IMG/VR virus record: IMGVR_UViG_3300020156_000003
Span: 46,825 to 110,824 of that record
Direction: 5' to 3' (one strand)
Length of the DNA: 64,000 bases
From: a virus
Lineage: Duplodnaviria > Heunggongvirae > Uroviricota > Caudoviricetes
The translations under genes and the position numbers were made by a program. The notes under the pieces were generated by a model. The model was not told the DNA's origin, made no database searches, and worked only from the letters and a program-made list of their open reading frames with translations. This document shows, one piece after another, positions 9,707-18,024 of this stretch (position 1 is the first letter of the stretch; each line of letters begins with the position of its first letter).

Positions 9707-9930
9707 TGATGGCCTGTGACATTTGCGGCAAAACTGGCACTCGATTGGCCGACCTTCTGGACGCTTACAAGACGCCAGACATACAGCAAATTTGCCCCGA
9801 CTGCGAAACGATCGTGAACCGCAAGAACAGCAAGTTGTTGACCATGGTGCTGAACATTAAAACCGATCTGCTAAAGCGATTCATCCGCGAGCGCAAGGCC
9901 GCAACCAATCAGGAAGGACAACAGCAATGA
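9703..9930 (+). CDS. Small zinc-ribbon protein
   Basis: CDICGK...CPDCE forms a CxxC...CxxC pair. Confidence 0.45.
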   Translation: MMMACDICGKTGTRLADLLDAYKTPDIQQICPDCETIVNRKNSKLLTMVLNIKTDLLKRFIRERKAATNQEGQQQ

Positions 9931-10712
9931 ACAAGAACAAAACAGTAGTGGTGTCGGTGGAATTGCTCGAATGGGCGCAGCAAAATATTGACTGCATCGA
10001 AGACGAAGCCGAGCGTCAAAAGGTGAGTGCAGAACTTGGCAAGTACATCGCCGCCGCACCAGCAGCGACAGCGCAGCCTGACGAGCGGGAGGATGCCGAA
10101 AGCATCATCAAGGACATTCGGGAACTCACCGACTTGGCAGACAAGATGGGGCGTTCGCGTGGGCAGAACAATTACTGCATGAACCGCACCGCACTGGACA
10201 AGTTCGTTGATCTAAAGATTGCACTTGAGGCTCGGATTCGCGCCGCCCTCACCGCCCCGCAGGATGCGCAGGAGCGGGATGTGATCAAGGAGCTTGCAGA
10301 TCGCTTTGCCGCTATCCCGCATGAAATGTGGCAAGCCATCGAGGTCGCAAACCTGCTTCGGGAGTACATCACCACCGCACAGCCATCGGACAAGCCGGAA
10401 GGCAAGGCCGAGCAGCAGGCGGAGCCGGTAGCATTCACGGCGCAAGACCGCCTTGATCGGCTCAAGCAGTATCCCTACCGTGCTGAAACGATGTGGTCGA
10501 AAGACCTCTGCGATGGTGGAGACATTCCGCTCTACACCCACCCACCCGCGCAGCAGCAACTGACGGACGAGGCGGCGGACAAGGCCCGAAACGCTCTGCT
10601 GTGGTTCTACCGCCGTGCAAAACCGAAGTATGGTCGACTGCCGTTTGCCGAAGAAGCGATAGCCTTGTTGACCAATCGGCCCACCGACAAGGATGCGGGA
10701 GATCGGTCGTGA
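9927..10712 (+). CDS. Hypothetical protein
   Basis: ORF with a coupled start. Confidence 0.5.
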   Translation: MNKNKTVVVSVELLEWAQQNIDCIEDEAERQKVSAELGKYIAAAPAATAQPDEREDAESIIKDIRELTDLADKMGRSRGQNNYCMNRTALDKFVDLKIALEARIRAALTAPQDAQERDVIKELADRFAAIPHEMWQAIEVANLLREYITTAQPSDKPEGKAEQQAEPVAFTAQDRLDRLKQYPYRAETMWSKDLCDGGDIPLYTHPPAQQQLTDEAADKARNALLWFYRRAKPKYGRLPFAEEAIALLTNRPTDKDAGDRS

Positions 10713-11806
10713 GAAAAGGCGGCAACGCTGAATTGCAGGAAGCGATCGAGTCCATCGACATCGAGTCGTGGCTCGATCGCGAGGGCGTTCGCTACAAGCA
10801 CACGCGCGGATCCTCCGGCGCCCAACTGAACGTCAAGGAATGCCCCTGCTGCGGCAATTCCAACTACAAGGTCTATCTGAACGCCGATACCGGACTTGGC
10901 AACTGCTTTCACGGCGACTGCGAAACCAAATTCAACAAGTGGAAGTTCATTTCCGCTTCGCTCGGCGTGCCGACCAGGCAGGTGATCGAGCATATCAAGG
11001 AGGTCGCGCGCGAGCAGGGCTGGCGCCCGCCGCGCAAGAAGGCACTGGCGGTCGATACGGCAAAGGCCGAGCTGGTACTGCCGGAGTCCATTGCCTTGCC
11101 GCATCAGGGCCGCAACCTGCGGTATCTGGACAGCCGTAACATTTCCGGCGACGTGGCGGCATATTTCGAGCTGCGCTTCTCCCACCGCGGCCACTTCGAT
11201 TACATCGACGAGGAGGGCCGGCCGCGCCGTCAGGACTACAGCAACCGGATCATCATCCCGATCTACGACCTGGAGGGCGAGCTGGTGTCCTTTCAGGGGC
11301 GCGACATCACTGGCGAGGCCGACAAGAAATACTTGTTCCCGCCTGGCTTTGCGTCCACTGGCGCACACCTTTACAACGGCTATAACGCCATCGGGGTCGA
11401 GTCGATTGTGATCAACGAAGGCGTCTTCGATGTTGCAGCAACCAAGGTCGCCCTCGACGGCGAAATGACGCTGCGCGACGTGGTGCCGGTCGGCTCTTTC
11501 GGCAAGCACCTGTCGCACGGATCGGATGACAGCCAGCTCGGCAAGCTGATGCACCTGAAGCGGCATGGCTTGAAGACGGTCACGTTCCTGTGGGACGGTG
11601 AGAAAAAGGCGATCCAGGATGCAGTCGCGGCCGCCCAACTGGTCAGGAGCGTCGGTTTGATGGCGCGCGTGGGCCTGCTGCCGCCCGACAAAGATCCGAA
11701 CGAGGCGACGGCAGAGCAGGTGCGCGCGGCTTACTGGAAGGCGACCGTGATCAACAACGTGACGGCCACCAAGCTGTTGATGATTGCAGAACGCGACTAC
11801 GCTTAG
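10709..11806 (+). CDS. DNA primase with a zinc finger and TOPRIM-like domain.
   Basis: GTG start overlaps the upstream stop. Zinc-binding stretch CPCCGNSNYKVYLNADTGLGNCFHGDC. TOPRIM-like IVINEGVFDVAA followed by LWDGEKKA. Lies next to the helicase. Confidence 0.65.
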   Translation: MRKGGNAELQEAIESIDIESWLDREGVRYKHTRGSSGAQLNVKECPCCGNSNYKVYLNADTGLGNCFHGDCETKFNKWKFISASLGVPTRQVIEHIKEVAREQGWRPPRKKALAVDTAKAELVLPESIALPHQGRNLRYLDSRNISGDVAAYFELRFSHRGHFDYIDEEGRPRRQDYSNRIIIPIYDLEGELVSFQGRDITGEADKKYLFPPGFASTGAHLYNGYNAIGVESIVINEGVFDVAATKVALDGEMTLRDVVPVGSFGKHLSHGSDDSQLGKLMHLKRHGLKTVTFLWDGEKKAIQDAVAAAQLVRSVGLMARVGLLPPDKDPNEATAEQVRAAYWKATVINNVTATKLLMIAERDYA

Positions 11807-11821
11807 GAAAGCTGCGCGAAT

Positions 11822-11836
11822 AAGTCACAAGTGACT
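11822..11836. promoter_or_regulatory. Operator-like palindrome of the TAAGTCA/TGACTT family.
   Basis: AAGTCACAAGTGACT, followed about 21 nt later by TATTAT at about 11859-11864. Confidence 0.55.
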
Positions 11837-11909
11837 ACGAAATCCGCAGCGCGAGCGGTATTATCAGCTTATTGAAAGATTGCGCGAAAGCGTGCGCAGG
11901 GAGGCAACA

Positions 11910-12383
11910 GTGATCAAGATTTCGACCAACTATCTGGAGCATAGCGGCGGCACCAAATTCTATGAAGTGGTGAAGCTGTCCGACATGGCGGCCGGCGCGC
12001 ACATGGTCATCAAGCGGTGGGGCAAGATCGCCGAAAAGATGGGCGCTGGACAGACCAAGGTCGAGCGCTACGGCGACGAGAGCGAAGCGGCCGACTCCGT
12101 GAACGAGATTTTGCGCGACAAGCGCAAGGACAAGGGCGCCAAGGGCCGCTACACCGATGCGGTGCTGAATCTGGGCCTGCACGCCTACAACGGCGCGTCT
12201 GCGCAGGACAACGACGTAATGGGGATCGTGCGCGGCCACTATCAGCAGCGCGATGTCCACGAAAGCGCAAATTACTTTTTCGATCTGGAAAAAGCCGCTG
12301 CGCCTGGCGACGAGGTTATTGACGAGCCGGCGCCGGAACCCGCGCGCCCGGTCGAACGCGGCGACACATGGGGGAGTTGGTAA
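11910..12383 (+). CDS. WGR-domain protein
   Basis: KFYEVVKL...VIKRWGKIAEKMGAGQTKVERYGDESEAADSVNEILRDKRKDKGAKGRY fits the WGR pattern FYEI..RWGRIG..GQ...f.....A......K..KGY. GTG start with an AGGGAGG RBS. Confidence 0.55.
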   Translation: MIKISTNYLEHSGGTKFYEVVKLSDMAAGAHMVIKRWGKIAEKMGAGQTKVERYGDESEAADSVNEILRDKRKDKGAKGRYTDAVLNLGLHAYNGASAQDNDVMGIVRGHYQQRDVHESANYFFDLEKAAAPGDEVIDEPAPEPARPVERGDTWGSW

Positions 12384-12619
12384 TGGCGATGCTGCCCGAC
12401 CAAATGCTCCAGGCCGTTGCGCGCGAAGGCGGGGAAGTGGCGATCGACGAGTTGATGAGTCACGTCCATCCGAGCGTGGAGAAGATTGTGCGCGTTTCGC
12501 TGATTCAAACCCTGACGATGCAGATCGCCGCACACCGGAACCACCAGCACGAACTGGAAGAAATCAACAACTTCGCCACACACGAAGTCAACATCGGCCC
12601 GATGTGGGCCACATGGTAA
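12383..12619 (+). CDS. Hypothetical protein
   Basis: TAATG stop-start overlap. GGGGGAG Shine-Dalgarno sequence. Confidence 0.4.
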   Translation: MAMLPDQMLQAVAREGGEVAIDELMSHVHPSVEKIVRVSLIQTLTMQIAAHRNHQHELEEINNFATHEVNIGPMWATW

Positions 12620-12628
12620 GGAGCCATC

Positions 12629-13306
12629 ATGACTGAGGAAATTAAGTTCTACCCGCCATCGGCCTCTGCCGGCGGCGACAACGCCCACTACCTGTCCGGC
12701 TGCGAAACGGTCGGCCGCAGCCCCGCGTATGCGAGCTGCCTGTTCAAGATCAGCGAGCTGAAGGCAGGTCGGCGCCCCGAGATTTACCGCGACTGCCACA
12801 ACGCCATCGAGGCGCGCCAGTGCAGGGCGGTCGATATGCGCGAGGAGGAAGAACTGAAGGGCCAGGCGATCTACTTTTTCCCGCGCCGCCCGCCGCAACT
12901 GCTGACCCTGCCGCTGTCGGTCGCCGGTGATTTTGGCGTGCGTATCTCGAACCTGACGCCGCCGCACATGATCCCGAAAGACCCGAAGCCGACCTCGTCG
13001 CGCTTTAAGCCATCGGTCGAGCGCACTAAGCCACTGACGCCGCCGAAGATGGACGCGCTGGACAAGGAGCTGCTGAACGCAACGTCGAATGGCTTTGCCG
13101 ATGCGATTACGTCAGCCGTGAATGAATTGCCGAAGATGGAAGCGATTACGGAAGTGACGCTGCCGGCAAAAGAACCGGCGAAACCGGCACCCGTAATTGA
13201 ACCGAAGCTCGCGCCGGTAGCGGCCGCACAACCTGTCGCAAGACCGGCAATGCTGCCTGGCGAAACCCCTTTGCAGTATGCCCGCCGCCTCGCGGCATCC
13301 CGATAA
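12629..13306 (+). CDS. Hypothetical protein
   Basis: AAGGAG RBS. Pro-rich and Ala-rich C-terminus. Confidence 0.5.
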   Translation: MTEEIKFYPPSASAGGDNAHYLSGCETVGRSPAYASCLFKISELKAGRRPEIYRDCHNAIEARQCRAVDMREEEELKGQAIYFFPRRPPQLLTLPLSVAGDFGVRISNLTPPHMIPKDPKPTSSRFKPSVERTKPLTPPKMDALDKELLNATSNGFADAITSAVNELPKMEAITEVTLPAKEPAKPAPVIEPKLAPVAAAQPVARPAMLPGETPLQYARRLAASR

Positions 13307-13324
13307 CCCTTAACTGGAGAACAC

Positions 13325-14746
13325 ATGGAACTCATCATGAATAGCGATCAGGTATTGGATCTGATCGATAGCGTCGCAGCCACCAGCGGCAAGAACGACA
13401 AGATTTCGATGCTGAAGGCGGTGTCCGGCAGCAACCTGCTGCGCGCCGTGCTGGAGGCAACTTACAACCCGATCGTCAGCTATGGCATTCGCCAGTTCCC
13501 CGACCGTGCTGTCGACGCTACTGGCGATGCCCACTTTTCGGCGCCGACATGGGGCGTGATCGCGGCGCTGCGCGAACGCCAAGTTACCGGCAACGCCGCA
13601 CAAGCGGCGATTCAGCACGAAATGAACACGCTGTCCGTTAAGTCGGCCGAACTGTTCAAGCGCATCATCCTGAAGGACATGCGCGCTGGCTTCTCCGAAG
13701 AAACCGTCAACAAGGTGTGGGGCGGCCTGCTCCCGGAGTTCCCGTATCAGCGCTGCTGCCTGCCCAAAGACGCCAAGCTCGACACCTGGAATTGGGCCGA
13801 AGGCCACATCAGCCAGCAGAAGGCGGACGGCATGTTCGCCAACGTCAATCACGAAGAAGGCGGCCAGGTCTTCATCTTCAGCCGGCAAGGCTCGATGTTC
13901 CCGATGGAGAAATTCGAGGAGCTGGCAACCGTGGTCAAGTTGTCGCTGGCGGCCGGCACGCAGAATCACGGCGAACTCCTGGTCATGCGCGATGGAGCGA
14001 TCCTGGCGCGCGAGATCGGCAACGGCGTGCTGAATAGCGTGCTGAAGGGCGGCGACTTCGCCGAGAACGAGCGTCCGATCTTCATGGTGTGGGATCAAAT
14101 TCCGCTCGATGCCGTGAAGCCGAAAGGCAAGTATGCGGTGCCATATGTGCAGCGCCTCAAGGGGCTGATCGAGCAGTTGCGTGGTGGCGCCAACATCAAC
14201 GTCGTCCAGTTGATCCCGACCAAGATCGTCAAGAGCCTGACCGAAGCGTATCAACACGCGGCAGAGGTCATGCTGGCCGGCGGCGAAGGCACCATCCTGA
14301 AGAACCGCAACGCGCACTGGAAGGACGGCACCAGCAAGGAGCAAGTCAAACTCAAGCTGGAGTTCACGGTCGATCTGGAAGTGCAGGGCGTTGTCCTCGG
14401 TCGCGACAACACCAAGAACGCCGGCCGCGCCGGCAGCCTGAAGTGCGCGACGTCCGACGGCAAGCTCGAAGTCGATGTGGCGATCAAGGGCGAGAAGATG
14501 CGCGACGCAGTCGATGCCAATCCGGACGACTGGATCGGTCGCATCATGCCGGTGACTGCGAACCTTGTGCTGAAACCGTCGGAGAGCAACGAATTGCATT
14601 CCCTGTTCTTGCCTCGTTTCGCTGAAAGCGAATACCGCACCGACAAGACCGTGGCGGACTCGTTGCAGCGCGTGTTCGACCAGGAGGAGGCGGCCAAATT
14701 GGGCGTCGCCATCAAGGACGGCACTGCACTGAAGGCGGCAGCATGA
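13325..14746 (+). CDS. ATP-dependent DNA ligase
   Basis: Motif I QQKADGMF (KxDG), motif IV NHGELLVM and motif V EGTILKN. Confidence 0.8.
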   Translation: MELIMNSDQVLDLIDSVAATSGKNDKISMLKAVSGSNLLRAVLEATYNPIVSYGIRQFPDRAVDATGDAHFSAPTWGVIAALRERQVTGNAAQAAIQHEMNTLSVKSAELFKRIILKDMRAGFSEETVNKVWGGLLPEFPYQRCCLPKDAKLDTWNWAEGHISQQKADGMFANVNHEEGGQVFIFSRQGSMFPMEKFEELATVVKLSLAAGTQNHGELLVMRDGAILAREIGNGVLNSVLKGGDFAENERPIFMVWDQIPLDAVKPKGKYAVPYVQRLKGLIEQLRGGANINVVQLIPTKIVKSLTEAYQHAAEVMLAGGEGTILKNRNAHWKDGTSKEQVKLKLEFTVDLEVQGVVLGRDNTKNAGRAGSLKCATSDGKLEVDVAIKGEKMRDAVDANPDDWIGRIMPVTANLVLKPSESNELHSLFLPRFAESEYRTDKTVADSLQRVFDQEEAAKLGVAIKDGTALKAAA

Positions 14747-15102
14747 GTGTGATCTGGATCAGTACAAAGGAACGGACGCCCGAAGTCGGCGAGCTGATCG
14801 CGAAGCGCTGGAAGAACGGCGCGGTGTGGGCCGGCAAATACGCCGGCTCCGCAAAGGATTCCAGCTTCGACGAGTGGGTTTCGCTCGAAGCTGCTGAAAC
14901 CTGCCAGGCGATCGGTATCAAGCATGACGGCACGATGGAAGTGATCGGGGCCATTCCTCTGCCGCATGGCATGAAGATTCGTGAAATCGCGCGTAGCTAC
15001 TTCGGTGGCGATCCGGACGATGACATGAGCGAAGCCTACCTGGCGGTGGGCGCAATGGAAGAATTTGTCAACTGGCTCAAGGAGCAGGGGAGGTTGAAAT
15101 GA
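14743..15102 (+). CDS. Hypothetical protein
   Basis: ATGA coupling with the upstream gene. Confidence 0.5.
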   Translation: MSVIWISTKERTPEVGELIAKRWKNGAVWAGKYAGSAKDSSFDEWVSLEAAETCQAIGIKHDGTMEVIGAIPLPHGMKIREIARSYFGGDPDDDMSEAYLAVGAMEEFVNWLKEQGRLK

Positions 15103-15452
15103 AGCATATCGTCCTTGTTGAAATCGACACCGATGACGCCGAGAAGGCAGGCATCATTCGTGACGAGATCGCCGGCGCGGTGGAAGACTTCACCGAAAGC
15201 CACCGTCCCGCCTTCAACGTGTCCGTTGGCGACCTGGAGACGATCGAAACCGATCGCCACGCCGCGCTGGTCGAGCTGGCGAAAGAGCGTCACTGCTCTG
15301 GCAGTAGCGACGAAATCGAGTGCGACAGCAATGCCCGCCTGTCCGAAGGCTGCGACGGTATTTTCGTGCAGGGCTGGCTGTTCGTCCCGAACCGCGTGCT
15401 GCATGAGGCCGGCATCGACAACCCGCACGCGGAGGATGAAGACGGTGACTGA
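15099..15452 (+). CDS. Acidic protein, possibly a DNA mimic.
   Basis: Rich in Asp and Glu throughout. GGGGAGG RBS. Confidence 0.5.
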   Translation: MKHIVLVEIDTDDAEKAGIIRDEIAGAVEDFTESHRPAFNVSVGDLETIETDRHAALVELAKERHCSGSSDEIECDSNARLSEGCDGIFVQGWLFVPNRVLHEAGIDNPHAEDEDGD

Positions 15453-15837
15453 CTTTCCCATCGCAAAGGCACGCTTGGAGCGCAACTTGTCGCATGGCGG
15501 CTTCGATGTGCATGTGATGTCGCGCCGCACGCCGGCAGGCGTCGACATCATCGGCCCGCTGTCACCGCCGACCTACACGCATGTGCCGACCGGCATGTAT
15601 CACCCGCCGGAGCCGGCGTTCACGCTGCAATACGAGTCGGCGCAAGCCATGCTCGATGCACTGTGGGAGGCGGGGATTCGGCCGTCTTCCGGCATGGAGA
15701 AGAAAGACGATGCCAAAGTCGACCTTGCAGTCAAGCTCATGCAAAACCATCTGGCAGACCTGCGTCGCATGGCATTCGGTCAGGAAGTCATCAAGACTGC
15801 TGACCAACCGGCGACCGGCCCCGCAATTCAATTTTGA
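15445..15837 (+). CDS. Hypothetical protein
   Basis: GTG start overlaps the upstream stop. GGAGGA Shine-Dalgarno sequence 8 nt upstream. The N-terminal part of track ORF 15115 is regarded as spurious. Confidence 0.45.
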   Translation: MTDFPIAKARLERNLSHGGFDVHVMSRRTPAGVDIIGPLSPPTYTHVPTGMYHPPEPAFTLQYESAQAMLDALWEAGIRPSSGMEKKDDAKVDLAVKLMQNHLADLRRMAFGQEVIKTADQPATGPAIQF

Positions 15838-15849
15838 AAGGAGTAGTAA

Positions 15850-16167
15850 ATGAATTTCCTGTTTGAGTTGGCAACCCTCGGCGTTGTCGCCTTCGTGCAA
15901 AACATGGCCTTCACATGGGTTTCCCGCAGCCGTAACAGCGGTGATCCGAACTACCACCGTTGGGCGGCACTCTGCTCCAATGGCGTGTGGTTCGTCACCA
16001 ATATCCTGATCACGATGCAGGTGTGGCAGGCCGTCAAGACCGGCAACTGGTGGACGATCGCCGCGGTCGCCGCCGTCTACATCGTCGCCACCACGGAAGG
16101 CTCGGTGCTGATGATGAAGATCCTGCTGAAGAAGGAAACTGGCAAGCGGAAGGTAGGCGCAGCATGA
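15850..16167 (+). CDS. Membrane protein with three transmembrane segments.
   Basis: Hydrophobic helices. AAAGGAG RBS. Confidence 0.5.
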   Translation: MNFLFELATLGVVAFVQNMAFTWVSRSRNSGDPNYHRWAALCSNGVWFVTNILITMQVWQAVKTGNWWTIAAVAAVYIVATTEGSVLMMKILLKKETGKRKVGAA

Positions 16168-16379
16168 CCGAAGCGGAATTCAAGGAGATCAAGGCGACGA
16201 TGCCCTGGATGGAGCGCACCATTGCAACCGGACGCGGCGGCATCATCCAGATCATCGACAACCAAGGGCGTGAAGTGCCGCTGTTCACGATCGTCAGGTT
16301 CCTCATGATGATCACCAACAAGCTGGCGCGACCGATCGCCGAATCCCAATCCACAACTACCGAAGGAGAAGCAACTTGA
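16164..16379 (+). CDS. Hypothetical small protein
   Basis: ATGA coupling with the upstream gene. Confidence 0.4.
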   Translation: MTEAEFKEIKATMPWMERTIATGRGGIIQIIDNQGREVPLFTIVRFLMMITNKLARPIAESQSTTTEGEAT

Positions 16380-17014
16380 AAATCCTCACCACCCTGACCG
16401 GCCCGTCCTGTGCGGGCAAGTCCACCCTGGAAGCCATGCTCGTCGAGCGCGGCTGCCTCAAAGCGGTATCCACGACCACCCGCACGCCGCGCGCCGGCGA
16501 GAAGGAGGGGGTGGACTACTACTTCGTCGACAAGTCCGAGTTCAAGCGGTTGCAAGTGCAGGGCGCCTTCATCGAGAGCGTCCAGTTCGGCGAGCATTAC
16601 TACGGCGTGTCAGTCATGGAGCTGAAGCGGCTGTGGGCCAAGGGCGACCATGTGATCCTGGTGTGCGAGCCGATCGGCGCCAAGCAGATTCGCGCATGGG
16701 CGGCCAATCGTCCGGACGTGTATCTGCGGCAGGTTTTCGTCGACAATCCTACCTCAGTCATCCGTGACCGATTCTTGCGCCGCTTCTACGAAGACATGCG
16801 TGACGCCGCGGCGCTCGGCACGCGCGGCGCGACGGCCAAGGTGTTGGACAGCTACAGCAAGCGACTGACCATCATGCAGACGACCGAGAAGGGCTGGATC
16901 GCCGAAGCCTACGGCACCCCGATCGGCACGCTGTACGACATCATCATCGAGCGCTTCGATGAGTCCAACGCCACGGTCATCGCACACGACATAGCCCACT
17001 GTATCCCCGCCTGA
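16376..17014 (+). CDS. gmk: Guanylate kinase
   Basis: GPSCAGKSTL P-loop. VSTTTRTPRAGEKEGVDYYFV matches the Gmk signature STTTRxPRxGExdGvdYhFv. TTG start. Confidence 0.85.
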   Translation: MKILTTLTGPSCAGKSTLEAMLVERGCLKAVSTTTRTPRAGEKEGVDYYFVDKSEFKRLQVQGAFIESVQFGEHYYGVSVMELKRLWAKGDHVILVCEPIGAKQIRAWAANRPDVYLRQVFVDNPTSVIRDRFLRRFYEDMRDAAALGTRGATAKVLDSYSKRLTIMQTTEKGWIAEAYGTPIGTLYDIIIERFDESNATVIAHDIAHCIPA

Positions 17015-17025
17015 CACTCTGCTAT

Positions 17026-17063
17026 CCTTCAGTGCAGGAGGAAAAACATGCCTGCACTGAAGG
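17026..17063 (+). promoter_or_regulatory. Perfect 13 bp inverted repeat that encloses the Shine-Dalgarno sequence and start codon of the gene at 17048.
   Basis: CCTTCAGTGCAGG-aggaaaaacATG-CCTGCACTGAAGG. Confidence 0.6.
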
Positions 17064-17695
17064 ACATCGGGACGCTCGCCAACCGCATCGGCGTCTCCTG
17101 CCTATCCCAATCCCCGCTCTGGCACCAGGACATCAGCACGATCGTCCCGGCGCAAATCTATGCCTTCGTCACCAAGATGAAGATGAACGGCCGCCTGGAC
17201 GAAGGCGAATCCGCCATCGAGATCGCACTTCGTGAAGTCCATCAGGCCGTCGCCCGCAACGAGATCGCCGTGCCGCCCATGTTGTCCTACTACCGGCCGA
17301 CGCGCATCTACCTGACCGCCGGCGAGCTAAAGAATGGCTTGATCTACCTCGGCGGCGCCCGCGCCACGGCGACGCTGTTTGCGCTGGAGACGGGAATGGA
17401 CGCGCTCGATGTCACACGCTTGACGCACAAGCGTCTCGCGGGATTTCGTCGTGTCCACCCCATGTCGGCACTGGCGGAGGAATGTCTGCGCATCACCCCG
17501 CGCCACCTGAGCTGCCCGTATGTGTTTTGGCGGGAAACCGATGACGGAATGACATTGCCCTTGTTCGGTATGGATGCGGCGATCTTTGACGCGTTCGGGC
17601 TGGTGTGGGCCGAACTGGCGCAGGGCTACGCTGACCTGATCCTGATCGACGAGGACGCGGATCGCGAATCGATCGAGTGCTGGCTAAACCGCTAA
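17048..17695 (+). CDS. Hypothetical protein
   Basis: ORF with its RBS inside the hairpin loop. Confidence 0.55.
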   Translation: MPALKDIGTLANRIGVSCLSQSPLWHQDISTIVPAQIYAFVTKMKMNGRLDEGESAIEIALREVHQAVARNEIAVPPMLSYYRPTRIYLTAGELKNGLIYLGGARATATLFALETGMDALDVTRLTHKRLAGFRRVHPMSALAEECLRITPRHLSCPYVFWRETDDGMTLPLFGMDAAIFDAFGLVWAELAQGYADLILIDEDADRESIECWLNR

Positions 17696-17733
17696 GTCGG
17701 CCCGTTGTGTTTTCGTCACAGTCGAAAATGGTT

Positions 17734-17754
17734 GGGTGGATAAAGGGGTGGATA
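17734..17754. repeat. Direct repeats GGGTGGATA x2, candidate integrase arm-type sites.
   Basis: GGGTGGATAaagGGGTGGATA. The CCACCC/GGGTGG theme recurs at 17919-17957. Confidence 0.4.
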
Positions 17755-17788
17755 TATGCCGTAATGCTTTGATTTCATGATGATTTGG

Positions 17789-17837
17789 GCGGCCTGCAAA
17801 GCCGTCTACGCCGGTTCAATTCCGACCCCCGCCTCCA
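17789..17837 (+). other. attP core: the 3' two-thirds of a tRNA-Cys(GCA) gene (anticodon arm to CCA). The 5' half is absent.
   Basis: Anticodon stem GCGGC/GCCGT with loop CUGCAAA. T-loop GGTTCAATTCC. Acceptor 3' strand CCCCGCC followed by discriminator U and CCA. Only about 49 nt of tRNA are present. Confidence 0.7.
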
Positions 17838-17863
17838 AATTCTTCCTTGTAATTCAAGGACTT

Positions 17864-17890
17864 AAACGCCGCCGCAAGGTGGCGTTTTTC
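17864..17890 (+). terminator. Terminator-like hairpin after the tRNA fragment.
   Basis: AACGCC-gccgcaaggt-GGCGTT followed by TTTTC. Confidence 0.5.
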
Positions 17891-17918
17891 ATTCCAGACC
17901 CGCCTAGACCGGCCAAAA

Positions 17919-17957
17919 CGGGTGGTGATCCACCCGAAAAAAGTGGCAAACCACCCG
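17919..17957. repeat. Palindrome CGGGTGGTGATCCACCCG plus a downstream CCACCCG. These are int-proximal binding-site candidates.
   Basis: Inverted GGGTGG/CCACCC repeats between the attP core and int. Confidence 0.4.
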
Positions 17958-18024
17958 TATAATGTGCGTGTTGGACGTTGACGCGAGTCGGCGACCTTGT
18001 TCGGCAGCATTGCGGGGAATCAAA

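Noticed and set aside
10607-11638. 343 aa minus-strand ORF
   Set aside because: It is antisense to the primase gene.
13310-14599. 429 aa minus-strand ORF
   Set aside because: It is antisense to the DNA ligase gene.
15115-15444. N-terminal 110 aa of track ORF 15115-15837
   Set aside because: It overlaps ORF 15099-15452 out of frame. A GTG start at 15445 with a GGAGGA Shine-Dalgarno sequence explains the downstream part.
17771-17837. Possibility of a complete tRNA gene
   Set aside because: Only about 49 nt of tRNA-like sequence are present. There is no D-arm or 5' acceptor strand complementary to CCCCGCC upstream. It was therefore interpreted as an attP core.
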